A DNA stretch of 64,000 bases, from NCBI GenBank assembly GCA_048013815.1, contig CM106585.1:15624001-15688000 (forward strand), given 5' to 3'. The position numbers were made by a program, and so were the translations under genes. Numbering within the stretch: position 1 is the stretch's first letter; every line of letters starts with the position of its first letter. This stretch comes from Setoptus koraiensis (lineage: Eukaryota > Animalia > Arthropoda). Positions 32,537 through 44,604 of this stretch are shown one piece after another. The notes under the pieces are model-generated. The model did no database searches, was not told where the DNA came from, and saw only the letters and a program-made list of their open reading frames with translations.

Positions 32537-34945
32537 ATGTCGAGTTTAACCTTAACCTTGATCACGGACTCCTTGGGCATCAAAACCAAGAAAAAGAAGT
32601 TCCTCACCGTGGAAGTATGCACAAAAGAGTCGAAATTTGTTTACGACGAAATACCTATGAACGCAACAGGTAGAGATATTTTTGAGCGTATCTGCAGAGC
32701 TCTAGGCTTGCGGGAAACACATTACTTTGGACTACAATATGTGGACAACAAAAACACAGTTGCATGGTTGGACTTGAAAAAGAAAATAATCGACCAAAAT
32801 GTAGTGTTTAACAGATCTGCAATGATGCCCCATACCATGATCAATCATGCTGGCCAGAATCATCAAAGAGCCTTCTGGTCTAACAATTGCTCACCATCAT
32901 CCTCACCATTATCTCTATCCTCATCACCGTTGACCACTCAACAACACCAAATAATCGAGCAACAACCGCAGAGTCCGTATCAGAGTTTATTGCAACACAA
33001 TTTCCAGGGGAATATTAACAACAACAACAACAACAACAATTTGCATCAACAACATGCTAATGTCAATTCTCACGCATCTATTGCGAGCAATATCTCGACC
33101 AGTGACTACGCGTTACCCCTATCTAACAATCATCATCAACCATCACATCAATATCAACTCTCACTAATGAATTCATCTTCATCACACCTTTGCAATGGTA
33201 ATCAAGGAAGTATATTCAGCGGCAATGATGTTGCCACACCTAGGTCTCTTACCAATATTGGCCCCTCCGTTTCATATAATTCTGATATCCATCACCAGCA
33301 TTTGCCACAACAATACTCAAGCCCGATAATTCTACAACAAACACTCAACGCTCAACAGTTGCACCCTCTCAAAAAGGTACAGCATCTCCAGGCATCGCCG
33401 CCCATCTCTCACCAGGGCGACAATGCTCAAAAGAGCAGTTTCCACTACGGTAACAGTCACTATCATCAGTTTGCCGGCTGCTCACATGGTATTTATGGAA
33501 GTGTCAGAACGACAGCTCGAGTGAGCTTAGAATTCTTGGTCAAATTTTACCCTGTCAGTATTGATGAGCTCATTGATGATACTACTCAGCATTTGTTTTT
33601 CTTACAAGTCAAAGAAAACATCATCGAGGGTAGAATAGACTGTCCGTTGGATGTATGTATGAGATTGGCCGCCTTGGCGGCACAAGCAAAGTTTGGAGAA
33701 TTCAATGAAAAGACTTATCAACTTGGAATGCTTTCTGCACGGAACCTATTGCCCAAACGTCTGATGATCAACGACCCGCAACAAGCTGAAGCCGAGATAA
33801 AAAGTTTTCATATCCAATTCAAAGATCTTACTCAAGAAGAGGCGGAACTAGAATACTTGGTACTGGTGAGGAATTTACCTAAATGTGGTGTTAGTTACTT
33901 CCCCGTGAAAGATAAGAATGGCAGTAATCTATGGCTTGGTGTCACCCCTCTTGGTCTCAATATCTACGAGTATTCAAACCAAAACGATCCAAAAATCCAG
34001 TTACTCTTTAGAGAGATTCGCAATCTTGAGTACAATAAGAAAAAGTTCACTATTGAAAGGTGGAGTTCGCCTGAAGATATAGTTCTAGTATCAGCTAGGA
34101 CAGTCAATAATGAACAGGCCTACTGCTTATGTATTGGCTACTACGAGCTACTAAAAAGGAGAGAGGGTCCGGAAACTATGGAGATCAGACAAATGAAGGC
34201 CCAAGTCATGGAAGAAAAGCAACGGCGCCTCAGGGAGAGAGTGAAACTCGTTCAAGAAAAAGATAGACTTGAAAAGATGGAACGAGATTATCATGAACTT
34301 GAGCATCGCCTTCGACAGTATCAGGCTGAGGCCCAATCGACGCACGAGAGGTTATGCAAGAAAGAGTCTGAGGCACTATATCAGGCTGAGGAGGCTAGAA
34401 AGGCAAGAGAAAGGGCAGCTGAAATTGAAAGAGAGATGCAGCGAATCAAAATTGGAGGTTTAAAAACAGAGCAAGGAAAGAGTCAAAACGAAGTACACGA
34501 AGCCGTATACAATGCACTAGGCGCAATTCATGATGTCAAGGATATATACAGCCGGACAATGTCAGCAAATAATAATAATAATAGTAACAACAGCAGTGGC
34601 ACCAACAATAATGGTAACAACGATCCTACCAATAGTAGCGCCAATAGTTCAGACGTTGTCAGCAGCTATCATAATAACGTCGTCATGCAATCGACTAATA
34701 CCGTCAATGATAAGAACAACAATCCATCTTATGCATCTATCACTAAAGTCACAGATCAAATCTCGGCCTATCTTGGTAAAGACTTGAATCAATTAATAAG
34801 TGAACATGAACGCGAGCGCAGGGACTACGAGAAGAAGACACAAGACTTGCAGAATCATTTAGATAGTATTGCATTGGAGGTTGAGACTATTAAGCGCAAT
34901 CGACGTGACCAGATTGTGTCCAGGGTTTATGAGACTAACATTTAA
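32537..34945 (+). CDS. NF2: Merlin/ERM-family FERM protein, 802 aa, with large low-complexity insertions
   Basis: LGLRETHYFGLQY, FLVKFYP, TQHLFFLQVK, LAALAAQAKFG, GVSYFPVKDKNGSNLWLGV, CIGYYELLKRR and ETMEIRQMKAQ followed by a coiled coil. The N-terminus is more Merlin-like than moesin-like. Confidence 0.75.
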   Translation: MSSLTLTLITDSLGIKTKKKKFLTVEVCTKESKFVYDEIPMNATGRDIFERICRALGLRETHYFGLQYVDNKNTVAWLDLKKKIIDQNVVFNRSAMMPHTMINHAGQNHQRAFWSNNCSPSSSPLSLSSSPLTTQQHQIIEQQPQSPYQSLLQHNFQGNINNNNNNNNLHQQHANVNSHASIASNISTSDYALPLSNNHHQPSHQYQLSLMNSSSSHLCNGNQGSIFSGNDVATPRSLTNIGPSVSYNSDIHHQHLPQQYSSPIILQQTLNAQQLHPLKKVQHLQASPPISHQGDNAQKSSFHYGNSHYHQFAGCSHGIYGSVRTTARVSLEFLVKFYPVSIDELIDDTTQHLFFLQVKENIIEGRIDCPLDVCMRLAALAAQAKFGEFNEKTYQLGMLSARNLLPKRLMINDPQQAEAEIKSFHIQFKDLTQEEAELEYLVLVRNLPKCGVSYFPVKDKNGSNLWLGVTPLGLNIYEYSNQNDPKIQLLFREIRNLEYNKKKFTIERWSSPEDIVLVSARTVNNEQAYCLCIGYYELLKRREGPETMEIRQMKAQVMEEKQRRLRERVKLVQEKDRLEKMERDYHELEHRLRQYQAEAQSTHERLCKKESEALYQAEEARKARERAAEIEREMQRIKIGGLKTEQGKSQNEVHEAVYNALGAIHDVKDIYSRTMSANNNNNSNNSSGTNNNGNNDPTNSSANSSDVVSSYHNNVVMQSTNTVNDKNNNPSYASITKVTDQISAYLGKDLNQLISEHERERRDYEKKTQDLQNHLDSIALEVETIKRNRRDQIVSRVYETNI

Positions 34946-35038
34946 TGATAACTTTCCAACTATATTTTTCCTCCCCTAACATATTAAATTTAACCTTCGC
35001 GTAATTTAATTTCGGTTCTATCCTTGCATAGATGACGG

Positions 35039-35511
35039 TTAGCTTGATTGTTTTTTCTGTATTCTCGATTCGCGTTCCATAAGCCTTCTTTCACGCTCAA
35101 ACTCTTTCATATTGTGAAGGTAGTCATCGAAGACGCAATCGCTCACTTCATGCATTATACCATTGCACCTGTAAAATAGCGGGCTTTCATGATGCAGACA
35201 AGCCATTGCTTTCACTCTAACATGAGCACAATAGTCTCGTTGATCGTCTTCAAGGCCAACAGAATTCATCTCTTCATCGGTAATCTGCATCTCTGTAAAT
35301 AATCAAGAAGAAGAATAAAAGGTAGAAAGGTGAGTGGGTCTGGATCAGGACGTAGATAAATTGATCGCTATACAGTAAGGACCCAGAAGTTACCTCTGAT
35401 TTTTCTCTGTTTAGTAAAACCCAACAAAGGGTCATATTTGATGGGGGCATGGCTGTTTGGTGTGTTCTCTTTCCAAAGATGAGGTGACGTGTAGCTCACC
35501 ACGGTACCCAT
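35039..35511 (-). CDS. NDUFB7: NADH:ubiquinone oxidoreductase subunit B7 (B18), 2 exons (35511-35394, 35292-35039), 123 aa
   Basis: MG start, YDPLLGF..RKIR|EMQIT.EEM, RDYCAH, twin CX9C and MKEFERERRL. A 101-bp intron restores the frame. Confidence 0.92.
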
Positions 35512-35958
35512 TGTTACGATGATAATAAATGTTAAATAGTGATTTTTCCTAGTTATTGTTGAGAAGTTAGGAATAAATGAACAATTGATGAAATAGGAAC
35601 CTAGACAAACAAACAAAGAATAATAAAATATCACATCATGTGTTTGCGCCGCCAAGCGATTAGAGCGTGAACTAAATGTATATACTTTCAAGTCAGCGCC
35701 ATTGACAAAGAGTACAAATGGATGGTTCTATTATCGATGGAACGCGACGTTGAAGTGCATCGATGTTGAAAATCATTCCAAGACCGAATTGACAATGTTT
35801 AACGCAAATCCAACACATTGTATCAATAATTACCATCACAAATGTATACATATATGTCACAAATAGGTATATAAATCGGGAAACAAAGGAGATCAACAAT
35901 AGTGAAAAATTGGCACGCGTTTTCTCGAAAGAATTGGTTATTCGCCGTTGATGCAGCC

Positions 35959-36336
35959 ATGTCAGTTGAACTATTTAAGAGAGATTTGGCTCAATTGATG
36001 AAATCTATACCTGGACTTCTCGCTATACTAATTATCGACAGAGACGGAGTGCCACTTATTGAAGCCCATCAGGAGCTTGTGCCAGAGTTGGCGATGAGGC
36101 CGTCTTTTTTATCCACAACTGTTCTAGCCACTGACCAAGCTGGTAAGTTGGGATTTGGAAAATGCAATACTATTAGCTGTGATTATGGAAGCTTCCAAGT
36201 GGTGTCATTTAATAAGGTTTCATCTGCTCTGATGGTCACCTTGATTGCAGATTCTAAGGCAAATACTGGTATGCTCTTATCACTGTACTCAGAATTTGAT
36301 CTCGTTGTCAACGAGCTCCGGAAGATAAAAGTATAG
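35959..36336 (+). CDS. LAMTOR3: Ragulator subunit LAMTOR3 (MP1), 125 aa
   Basis: IIDRDGVPLI, ELAMRPSFLST..LATDQAGKLGFGKCNTI, YGSFQVV and ANTGMLLSL. Head-to-head with NDUFB7 across ~450 bp. Confidence 0.92.
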   Translation: MSVELFKRDLAQLMKSIPGLLAILIIDRDGVPLIEAHQELVPELAMRPSFLSTTVLATDQAGKLGFGKCNTISCDYGSFQVVSFNKVSSALMVTLIADSKANTGMLLSLYSEFDLVVNELRKIKV

Positions 36337-37087
36337 AACAGTGCTCACTTTAATAGTCGATTCAATCTCGTGTGCACGTGCTAAGAGATTCGTCGTTGAA
36401 TTTTTCCTCCATTGTATTCACCAGACGGCATGAAAATCGAATAAACACGTGCATTTCAGGCACCACGGTGCCGATACATCACTGCCTAGCTAAAGCCCGG
36501 ATTTTTACTTTTGACCTAAACTTCAATACGCCAGCCTTTTATTTCTCCATAGTTCATTGATCTATATTCAAACCAATGGGAGGCGTATCTTTTGAGGTCA
36601 TGATAAATCACATTATAGGCCATCAAATATCTAGCATTAGTGGGCAATGCACATCGATAGAGGCGAGTTCGTTCAGTTCTTTCTCATGCAACACCGAGGA
36701 TAATTTGGACTTTGATCTACCATTCTAGACACTTGCTATTTTTTACAAGGCCAGAATGAAGCATCTATCATTAGGCACCACCTTTAACTATTTTGTCAAT
36801 TTTAAAATCCCTGTAAACAATGGAAACGAACAACAAATTATTCACTCGCTTTTCTATCAGAATTTAGACAGAAGAGAATCGGAAGGAATCCTCTCGAGCA
36901 ACCAAAACTGGAAACAATGTATCCAGCAATACTCACAGCCTCGTCTCGTTGACCTACTTTAAGATTCGAACGGTTGTGAGTGATTCCGAATCTACAGATT
37001 TGATCACAGGCAGATTTATTGAGCTATTGACGCATCGGATAACTTGCTGTGTCTTCGGTCCTAGTATAAAGCCTCAGTTCGGCGCGT

Positions 37088-39532
37088 TCATTGCGAAGAA
37101 TCTTGTGTTTGTATCGCTTGGAAGTTGACATCGGTCTCAATCAAGTTGAACTCTTTTAGGTACTCGTTGCGCTTGGTGACAACCAATTTGGCTAAAGATT
37201 CACTCTGATGACTCAAGGCCAACTTGAGCGCCTCTTGAAATCTAAAGAATTCCAAGTACAAGTTTACTGTGGCTTCTAAGTTGCTATTTTGTTGCATCAG
37301 TAACATGGCAGATTGTCGCAGGTCGCCATTCAAGAGAGAGATTTCGGCACGTCGATTAGAGTCGTCCTCTAATGCTAGCTGACCTATGAGGGCGTCCAAT
37401 TGATCAACCATGTCCACTCTGCCCAGTTCAGCAAAACACTCTCGAGCCACTTCCAGAGACCCTCCCCTTAGATCCATGGCCATATATGCGAGCATCCACC
37501 ATATTGCGATGGATTCATTGCCATCAAGAGCCTGTTTGAATTCAACAACCTGTTGACGCCACAATTCCAAAGCCTTATCTATTAAGTTATTACCATACAA
37601 CTCGTGAATAATATCTATGATGGGATTCACTGTAATGGTGAAGTTATTCAAACAATCTGTCTGTATATTAATAAAACTGCCAACAAAGTTTGTAATCTTG
37701 CTATAGACAATCTTCTCCATATTCTGGGCATGTTTTGGAGAATTCTTCAAGATAGTATTCTGTTCTGATGGTTTACTCGAGTGTAAATCCACACAAATCA
37801 AGCAATTGTTCTGCGTGAAATTGCCTCTGAATGCTTCATCGGGATAAATGTACAGATGAATAGTGTGATTGTTCTTGAGAGCAGCCAGAATCTTTCTAGA
37901 ATCGTTCCAGAGTATAGATTTGCAATTTGTGTCGATTCTCATTGGCTCCAAATGATCGAAATTGCTCCTGTTTTGATTTTTGCCATTACCTATAATGTGT
38001 AGATACAAATCGTTGTTTATGTCTATGAAAGCTAATGTCTTAGAATTGTCATCAATTGTTTGATTGTGAAAGGCAACAAATTGAACTATGCGTAGACGGT
38101 GTTTGAGAATATAGTCGTTGACGGATTGATGGCTACCACTTGATCGAAATTGATAGATCAATATATTTTTCGAATCGTTTTGAAGATCGCCCATCAACAA
38201 CGAATCGTTGGTAAGACTGATTAGGTCAGAATTTAACTGCGATTGATTCAGCATGGGCAACTTGAAAGAGGCCATTATTTTTCCATCATATGTGTATATA
38301 TTACAATTGAGATTCAACTCAAATAGAGCGAATAGGTCGTTTTCGCATACTATCATGTTGTAACATCGTTGTTTTAGGGCAACAACTTGGGGTGTACTGA
38401 CTTTGCCCAACTTGTGTATGTGACATTCGGTTCTTGTCAAAACGATTAAATGAGATCGACTTGCCGTGAAGTATTCGATATTCTCTGAATAGTCTACTTT
38501 ATCTTCTTCCAATGATTCATAGTTGTTGATAGTGAGAGTCTTCCTGTCCAATTGTGTAACATCAATCGAACTCCAGGATGCTAAGTTCAAATACGCATGA
38601 CCATGGAATATTTTTCCATTTGTCTGTATAATAGCAAAGTCATTTGAGAAACAGTTGAATTGACAGGCTGCTATTTCCTCGCGGCTTGTGGACAATCTTA
38701 TCTGCGACAATAAAACACCAGAATTGTGACATATGCTTAGGCGGTTACCCGAAGTATAAATGAAACTAGATCCGTCAAAATTCCATGACACTGTTGTGAC
38801 GGGTTGCTCGTCGGCTTTGCTACAGTAAAGAAGATTGCCGTCTGGCTTGAATACTTTATAACGACAATCAAAACTACAAGAGACAATTAGATTATTCGAT
38901 GAACTCCAATCCAAGTCATTAATAAGCTCATCATGAGCTTTCCATTCAATCTCTTGCGGCCCCGGCATGATTGACTTCAATACAATGCGATTATGCTGAC
39001 TAAATAGTATAGAGTCGTTCTTGGGCGACCAACATGCTGCGTAGACTGGCCTCGTGCCCGAATAAATGGTTGAACGTAACAGGCCTCCCTTGGACCAGAT
39101 CTTCACTTGACCATCCTCGCCCGAGCTACAAATAGATGTGAAGTCTCTACTCCATTTCAAACTGAGAATGGCTTTTTTGTTGTGACCAATAAAAATTCTA
39201 TCAACACTGGACTGTTGAATAAAACATATACGACCGTCATCACTGCCAACTATTGTTCCAGACAAATCAACACTATTGATACTGACACTGTCAAGTGGTT
39301 TCAAATCTTTTGTCGCAATCCTGGTCAATTGAACACAATCTAAACAAGTGGGGAAGAAATCCTTGGGTAAGTCCAATAATGGTGAGCTTATTTTCCTCGT
39401 ACAGTCGTAATGGAAAAGTCTGGAATCGCCACCGCAAGTAATAAATTCATCGTGACTTATCCATTTCAAAGCAGTTCCTCTCGACAAGTGAGATACCACA
39501 ACTGCATCTGATAACACGAGCATTGGGATCAT
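37088..39532 (-). CDS. IFT80: Intraflagellar transport protein 80 homolog, intronless, 814 aa
   Basis: WD40 N-terminus with SSGEDGQVKIWSKGGLLRSTI, EWKAHDELINDLDW and DCRYKVF..DGNLLY; C-terminal helical/TPR region. Confidence 0.82.
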   Translation of the reverse strand: MIPMLVLSDAVVVSHLSRGTALKWISHDEFITCGGDSRLFHYDCTRKISSPLLDLPKDFFPTCLDCVQLTRIATKDLKPLDSVSINSVDLSGTIVGSDDGRICFIQQSSVDRIFIGHNKKAILSLKWSRDFTSICSSGEDGQVKIWSKGGLLRSTIYSGTRPVYAACWSPKNDSILFSQHNRIVLKSIMPGPQEIEWKAHDELINDLDWSSSNNLIVSCSFDCRYKVFKPDGNLLYCSKADEQPVTTVSWNFDGSSFIYTSGNRLSICHNSGVLLSQIRLSTSREEIAACQFNCFSNDFAIIQTNGKIFHGHAYLNLASWSSIDVTQLDRKTLTINNYESLEEDKVDYSENIEYFTASRSHLIVLTRTECHIHKLGKVSTPQVVALKQRCYNMIVCENDLFALFELNLNCNIYTYDGKIMASFKLPMLNQSQLNSDLISLTNDSLLMGDLQNDSKNILIYQFRSSGSHQSVNDYILKHRLRIVQFVAFHNQTIDDNSKTLAFIDINNDLYLHIIGNGKNQNRSNFDHLEPMRIDTNCKSILWNDSRKILAALKNNHTIHLYIYPDEAFRGNFTQNNCLICVDLHSSKPSEQNTILKNSPKHAQNMEKIVYSKITNFVGSFINIQTDCLNNFTITVNPIIDIIHELYGNNLIDKALELWRQQVVEFKQALDGNESIAIWWMLAYMAMDLRGGSLEVARECFAELGRVDMVDQLDALIGQLALEDDSNRRAEISLLNGDLRQSAMLLMQQNSNLEATVNLYLEFFRFQEALKLALSHQSESLAKLVVTKRNEYLKEFNLIETDVNFQAIQTQDSSQ

Positions 39533-39886
39533 TTTTTATTATGCTGTGTGTGTCGATTTCTACTGATGTTCAGGTCTACGATCTATTTCATCAATTCTGT
39601 ATGCAATAAGAGTGATTGCAGCGAATTATTGATAATTAGTTATAACAAAAGTGGTCGAAATCGCGATAGTATTCAGAGTGCAAGCCTAATAGCGATACCA
39701 TGGAAACGTCAACAACAAACGAACCCCGTACGTCATGCCCGACTGCCTTTGGCGGCCCATGGGGTCTCTCACATATGTTACTGATTGAGTAGAAGTTGAT
39801 GAGAGTTTGTCCTACTTTAACTGGACTGACCATAGTTACTTTTTCGAGCAACCGATTCAAGTATCATACCCGATGCATTGTGCTAT

Positions 39887-39964
39887 AAATACTGGTATGC
39901 TCTTATCCGAAGCTCGTTGCTAACGAGTTTCGGAAGATAGAAGTATGGAACAGTGCTCACTTTA
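39887..39964 (+). pseudogene. Fragment duplicated from the LAMTOR3 3' end
   Basis: AAATACTGGTATGCTCTTATC is a 21/21 match to 36261-36281. CTCGTTG, CGGAAGATA and GAACAGTGCTCACTTTA follow in the same order as at 36301-36352, with an internal deletion. Confidence 0.8.
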
Positions 39965-40123
39965 TTGATCTATTGTATAAAACAAAAACATCCAACTATC
40001 AAAATCAACTTTAAGATTTTGAGCCTCCTGTTCATACTTATTGGTCTGCTATACTTATTATTAATAATAATTGTTTAATGAAGTTATTATCAAGAAGTTC
40101 TGGAAAATTGGTAACTTAAGCTG

Positions 40124-41107
40124 TTAAATCTGCAGACATCTAGCTTTCCATACTGAGTCCTCTGGTAGCAGATTGGACTCATTATTTGTTGCTAAAACGA
40201 TACAATAATGTTGTAGCAATTGCTCGAGAAGCTCTTTCTCGTCTAAAAACTCTAATTGTTCTATGCGTTGCACGTCCTCCCTGGCTAAGAGATGACGATA
40301 TATATCAAGTAAAGTCCAAGCGTTACTATGAACCAGTCCTTTTGTTTTGAAACGCGAAATCTGAGTATCTAGAGAATCACAAGCTTCCACGCCTAGTAAA
40401 TCACAATGTCTGGCAGTCATGTGATCTAGCATAATTTTACCAAATCTATCGTTCATATTACATTGTTCGTAGTTGACGATAGTGAAATTTGTAAAGTTTT
40501 CACACATCCAAGATATCATTTGACTGGAATCTGACATTGGCATATAAACTAGGACACATTCTGATATACACAGAGTCGGTGTATCAAAATCTACATTACA
40601 ATCAGTGCTGAGCTTTTGTCTGAATCGTTCCTTATCTGTGTTTCTGAGATCAAAAGAAATGAGATGATAGTTTTCCGAATGCAACTCTTCGCCTGAATAT
40701 TGGACATCGTTGAGATGTGACAAGAGCTGCGGGTGACGTCGGATGGCCATTAATTTTTGTACTGTGACTATACTTAAATCCACCTCTATATACTTAATGT
40801 GTTTGAAATTCTTAGAATTTGGGTCAGTTTTCAATCTCCAATACAATGTGTCGAAACCAGCGCCAAAGTTGATAATCTGGCATTTAGAGTGATACCTCTC
40901 AATGAAATTCTCCACCAAGAAGGCCATGCTAGCCGAGCGTGCAAAATATCCCCTATTGATCTCTGGTGCTTTCTTGGGACCGGTGCTTTTTGTCCGCGAT
41001 GTGAGAAAATGTTGAATAAATTCATCCTTGTAATATCCATTGATGACCGCTTGATATTTGCATAAAGTAGCATCGCTATTTGTGGCAGCTACTCCCTCCT
41101 CACCCAT
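40124..41107 (-). CDS. LCMT1: Leucine carboxyl methyltransferase 1 (PP2A methylase), 327 aa
   Basis: ATNSDATLCK, PEINRGYFAR, QIINFGAGFDTLYWRL, ISECVLVYM, NYEQCNMNDRFG and IEQLEFLDE.ELL.QL..HYC. Confidence 0.93.
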   Translation of the reverse strand: MGEEGVAATNSDATLCKYQAVINGYYKDEFIQHFLTSRTKSTGPKKAPEINRGYFARSASMAFLVENFIERYHSKCQIINFGAGFDTLYWRLKTDPNSKNFKHIKYIEVDLSIVTVQKLMAIRRHPQLLSHLNDVQYSGEELHSENYHLISFDLRNTDKERFRQKLSTDCNVDFDTPTLCISECVLVYMPMSDSSQMISWMCENFTNFTIVNYEQCNMNDRFGKIMLDHMTARHCDLLGVEACDSLDTQISRFKTKGLVHSNAWTLLDIYRHLLAREDVQRIEQLEFLDEKELLEQLLQHYCIVLATNNESNLLPEDSVWKARCLQI

Positions 41108-42304
41108 GTTCTTTCGGTGATGTTGCTACTGTGCGCGGTATGAATAAAGATTAACAATTGTTTCGTTTAACTGTTGGAGTATCTAATGAGGCAAATCTCA
41201 GTTGTTGTCAAATATTCAGCAATAACGATTCTTGATAATTTTCGCATCGATAGATATTGTCATTATGACGAAATATAGTGATGTAGTGAGATATTGATTA
41301 TGTTGCAGCATAAGCGACCGCTCAAGTTATCCAGCTGGCGCTAAAGCACATGGCCTGAAATGGTTTCTATAGCGAGAGACGTGCAAGGCTGTGGCGTAGA
41401 GGATATACAGTCTCACAATTGTCAATTACAGCGAACACGGAAATATGACGCAACGACCGCGTCGTATCCATACTTCGGCTTCTCACTCAACACAACTCAA
41501 GCCGTCATGCTGTAAGGCAGGTAGCCTCACAGTTAGCTCAATGTTGTTGTAAGAAGCCAGACAAATCGTTCAACTACACGATGGCTGAGTAAGATGTGAA
41601 TCTTCGAGTTGAGAATTAGTTCAGTGAAATATACAGCACGGCTCGTATTAGGAGCACCATGGTGCTCGCGGTTGTACCGGAAACAGGATCTCATCTTACT
41701 GATCATATAGCATTGATATCAAAACTAGCTATCACTTTATGATGCAATATTGTCGTGTCTACCCTGGACGAGCAAGCAATGGTGACACATGCTCGATGGG
41801 CCAATTTTTATCGAAGATACACTCGATAAATTTGTCGGTTGGAGATTGAAGAGTTCTCAAATAAGAGTGGAGTCTAAGAAGGGATGTTTACTCATATATT
41901 CTGTCGATATCTTGAGTTCATTGCGATTTAATGATTGAAGTTCAATCATTGATTTAGTGATTGGGAGAGCCTCCGTCTTCCAGGGCTAGGTTTCTCAAGG
42001 AGCTACGGGTCCTAAGGGAAGTAAGAGCGAATTAGGGGGAGCCAGGGGGATCAGGAAGAGCTAGGGAGCTGGCGGGGCAAGGGGGCTCCCAGCTCAGGAG
42101 GAACGATCAAAGTGAGGGCCAGATTTCTGCTGTTCCCTCGATTAATTTGGCTTTTAAAATTCGCGCTTAGAAACAACAACAAATACCACGTTTGGACAAA
42201 AATAGAAAAGATGTGAACATTCCTCACGTTTCAAATCATTTGCATCTGGACTGATATTTTATGTATTCCATATTAAATCTATTAATACTAATTACATAGC
42301 CAAA

Positions 42305-42991
42305 ATGAGGAAAATCCTGGAAGTCACCGAGAGCAACTGCGATAAATTTGAAAGTAATCGACTTGTAGTGATAGCCTTTGATGCTTCGTGGACTAATCAA
42401 GGCGAACTTGTGAAGAACGCTCTAGATTATTTGGCTACAACAGGAGAACTGGAAAAGAATGTAATACTAGCTCAAGCAGATGTCGAACAATGTGGTGAAC
42501 TCGCCAAACGCTTCGAGATTTTATCTGTGCCCACTATAGCATGTGTTCTGAACGGGAAATTGCTCGAAAAGATAGACACCGTAGAACCAGAAGACCTGCT
42601 CCGTAAAATTAAACTAATCTACCTAAAGAACTCCTCAGCCTTAACTGTGCAACCAGATGCTAATCAAGTAGAGAATGCCGAAACCGACAAAAAGAGATAT
42701 CTCGAGCACCTGATAAATCGTGCTCCAGTAATGATCTTCATGAAAGGATCGCCTGAGTCACCTCGTTGCGGTTTTAGTCGTCAGCTTGTTGACATACTTG
42801 CAAAACATGAGATTAAATACAGTACTTTTGATATTCTAGAAGATCAGGATGTGAGACAAGGTCTCAAAGAATATTCGGACTGGCCGACATATCCTCAAAT
42901 TTATGCCAAAGGACAATTCATTGGAGGTCTGGATATTCTTAAACAATTAGTTGAGACTAACGAACTGAAGGCCACATTGAGTGTAGAATAA
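42305..42991 (+). CDS. GLRX3: Glutaredoxin-3 (PICOT): thioredoxin-like domain plus one monothiol Grx domain, 228 aa
   Basis: MIFMKGSPESPRCGFS, FDILEDQDVRQGLKEYSDWPTYPQIY..G.FIGGLDI. Confidence 0.93.
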   Translation: MRKILEVTESNCDKFESNRLVVIAFDASWTNQGELVKNALDYLATTGELEKNVILAQADVEQCGELAKRFEILSVPTIACVLNGKLLEKIDTVEPEDLLRKIKLIYLKNSSALTVQPDANQVENAETDKKRYLEHLINRAPVMIFMKGSPESPRCGFSRQLVDILAKHEIKYSTFDILEDQDVRQGLKEYSDWPTYPQIYAKGQFIGGLDILKQLVETNELKATLSVE

Positions 42992-43689
42992 ACTCTTATA
43001 GTTCTCTTTCACATCCGATTTAAAAATTAACCAGCTATGTTCACGGATGTTGCATCCCTTTTTAAGCCAATCTAACATACACTAAGTGGATAGGACTAGA
43101 ATATCGTTTATTATTCTTTTCGATTGATCATAAGGCTGTTTTGATCTTAATGTTTAGTACAAAAGGTACAAAGTCGCGTGCTGGTGGTAACAGATTAGGA
43201 CTTGATTGTTCTTTGTATCTGCACTAAAGATTTCTTACTTCTTGACGGGGTGGGGAGCTTTTTGAGCTTTCACATGAAACTCGTTAACTGTCAACGTCCT
43301 TTTTTAACTATGTAGGAATGCTAACTTGATTGATATCATATAGATTAACAGATTCAACTAGTTTGAGTTGCTATCATTTCATTAGTTGTGCATCTACTGG
43401 AACTATGGACTCATTGTATCACAACACATGTTGAGTTTTGAAGCATAAGTAGCTCAATGTAGCCACTAGTGGAAGCCTCCAAAAACTCAAAAGATTATTG
43501 ATCTGATATAATAGATTTGATCTAAAACTCTTTTTAACTCGAAGACTCATAACTGCCTGCTCGCAGATAATTTATCAACAGAAGCGAATTACTTCTTTCG
43601 CAGAGGTAAAGATGCACAGAACATCAAAGTATATTGATCGCATGACTGATAATTCATGTATCCTTGATCTTTATTAAATGTGCGCCTCA

Positions 43690-44604
<915 letters not shown>

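Noticed and set aside
42305-42991. GLRX3 with only one Grx domain
   Set aside because: This is the usual architecture in insects and fungi, so it is not novel.
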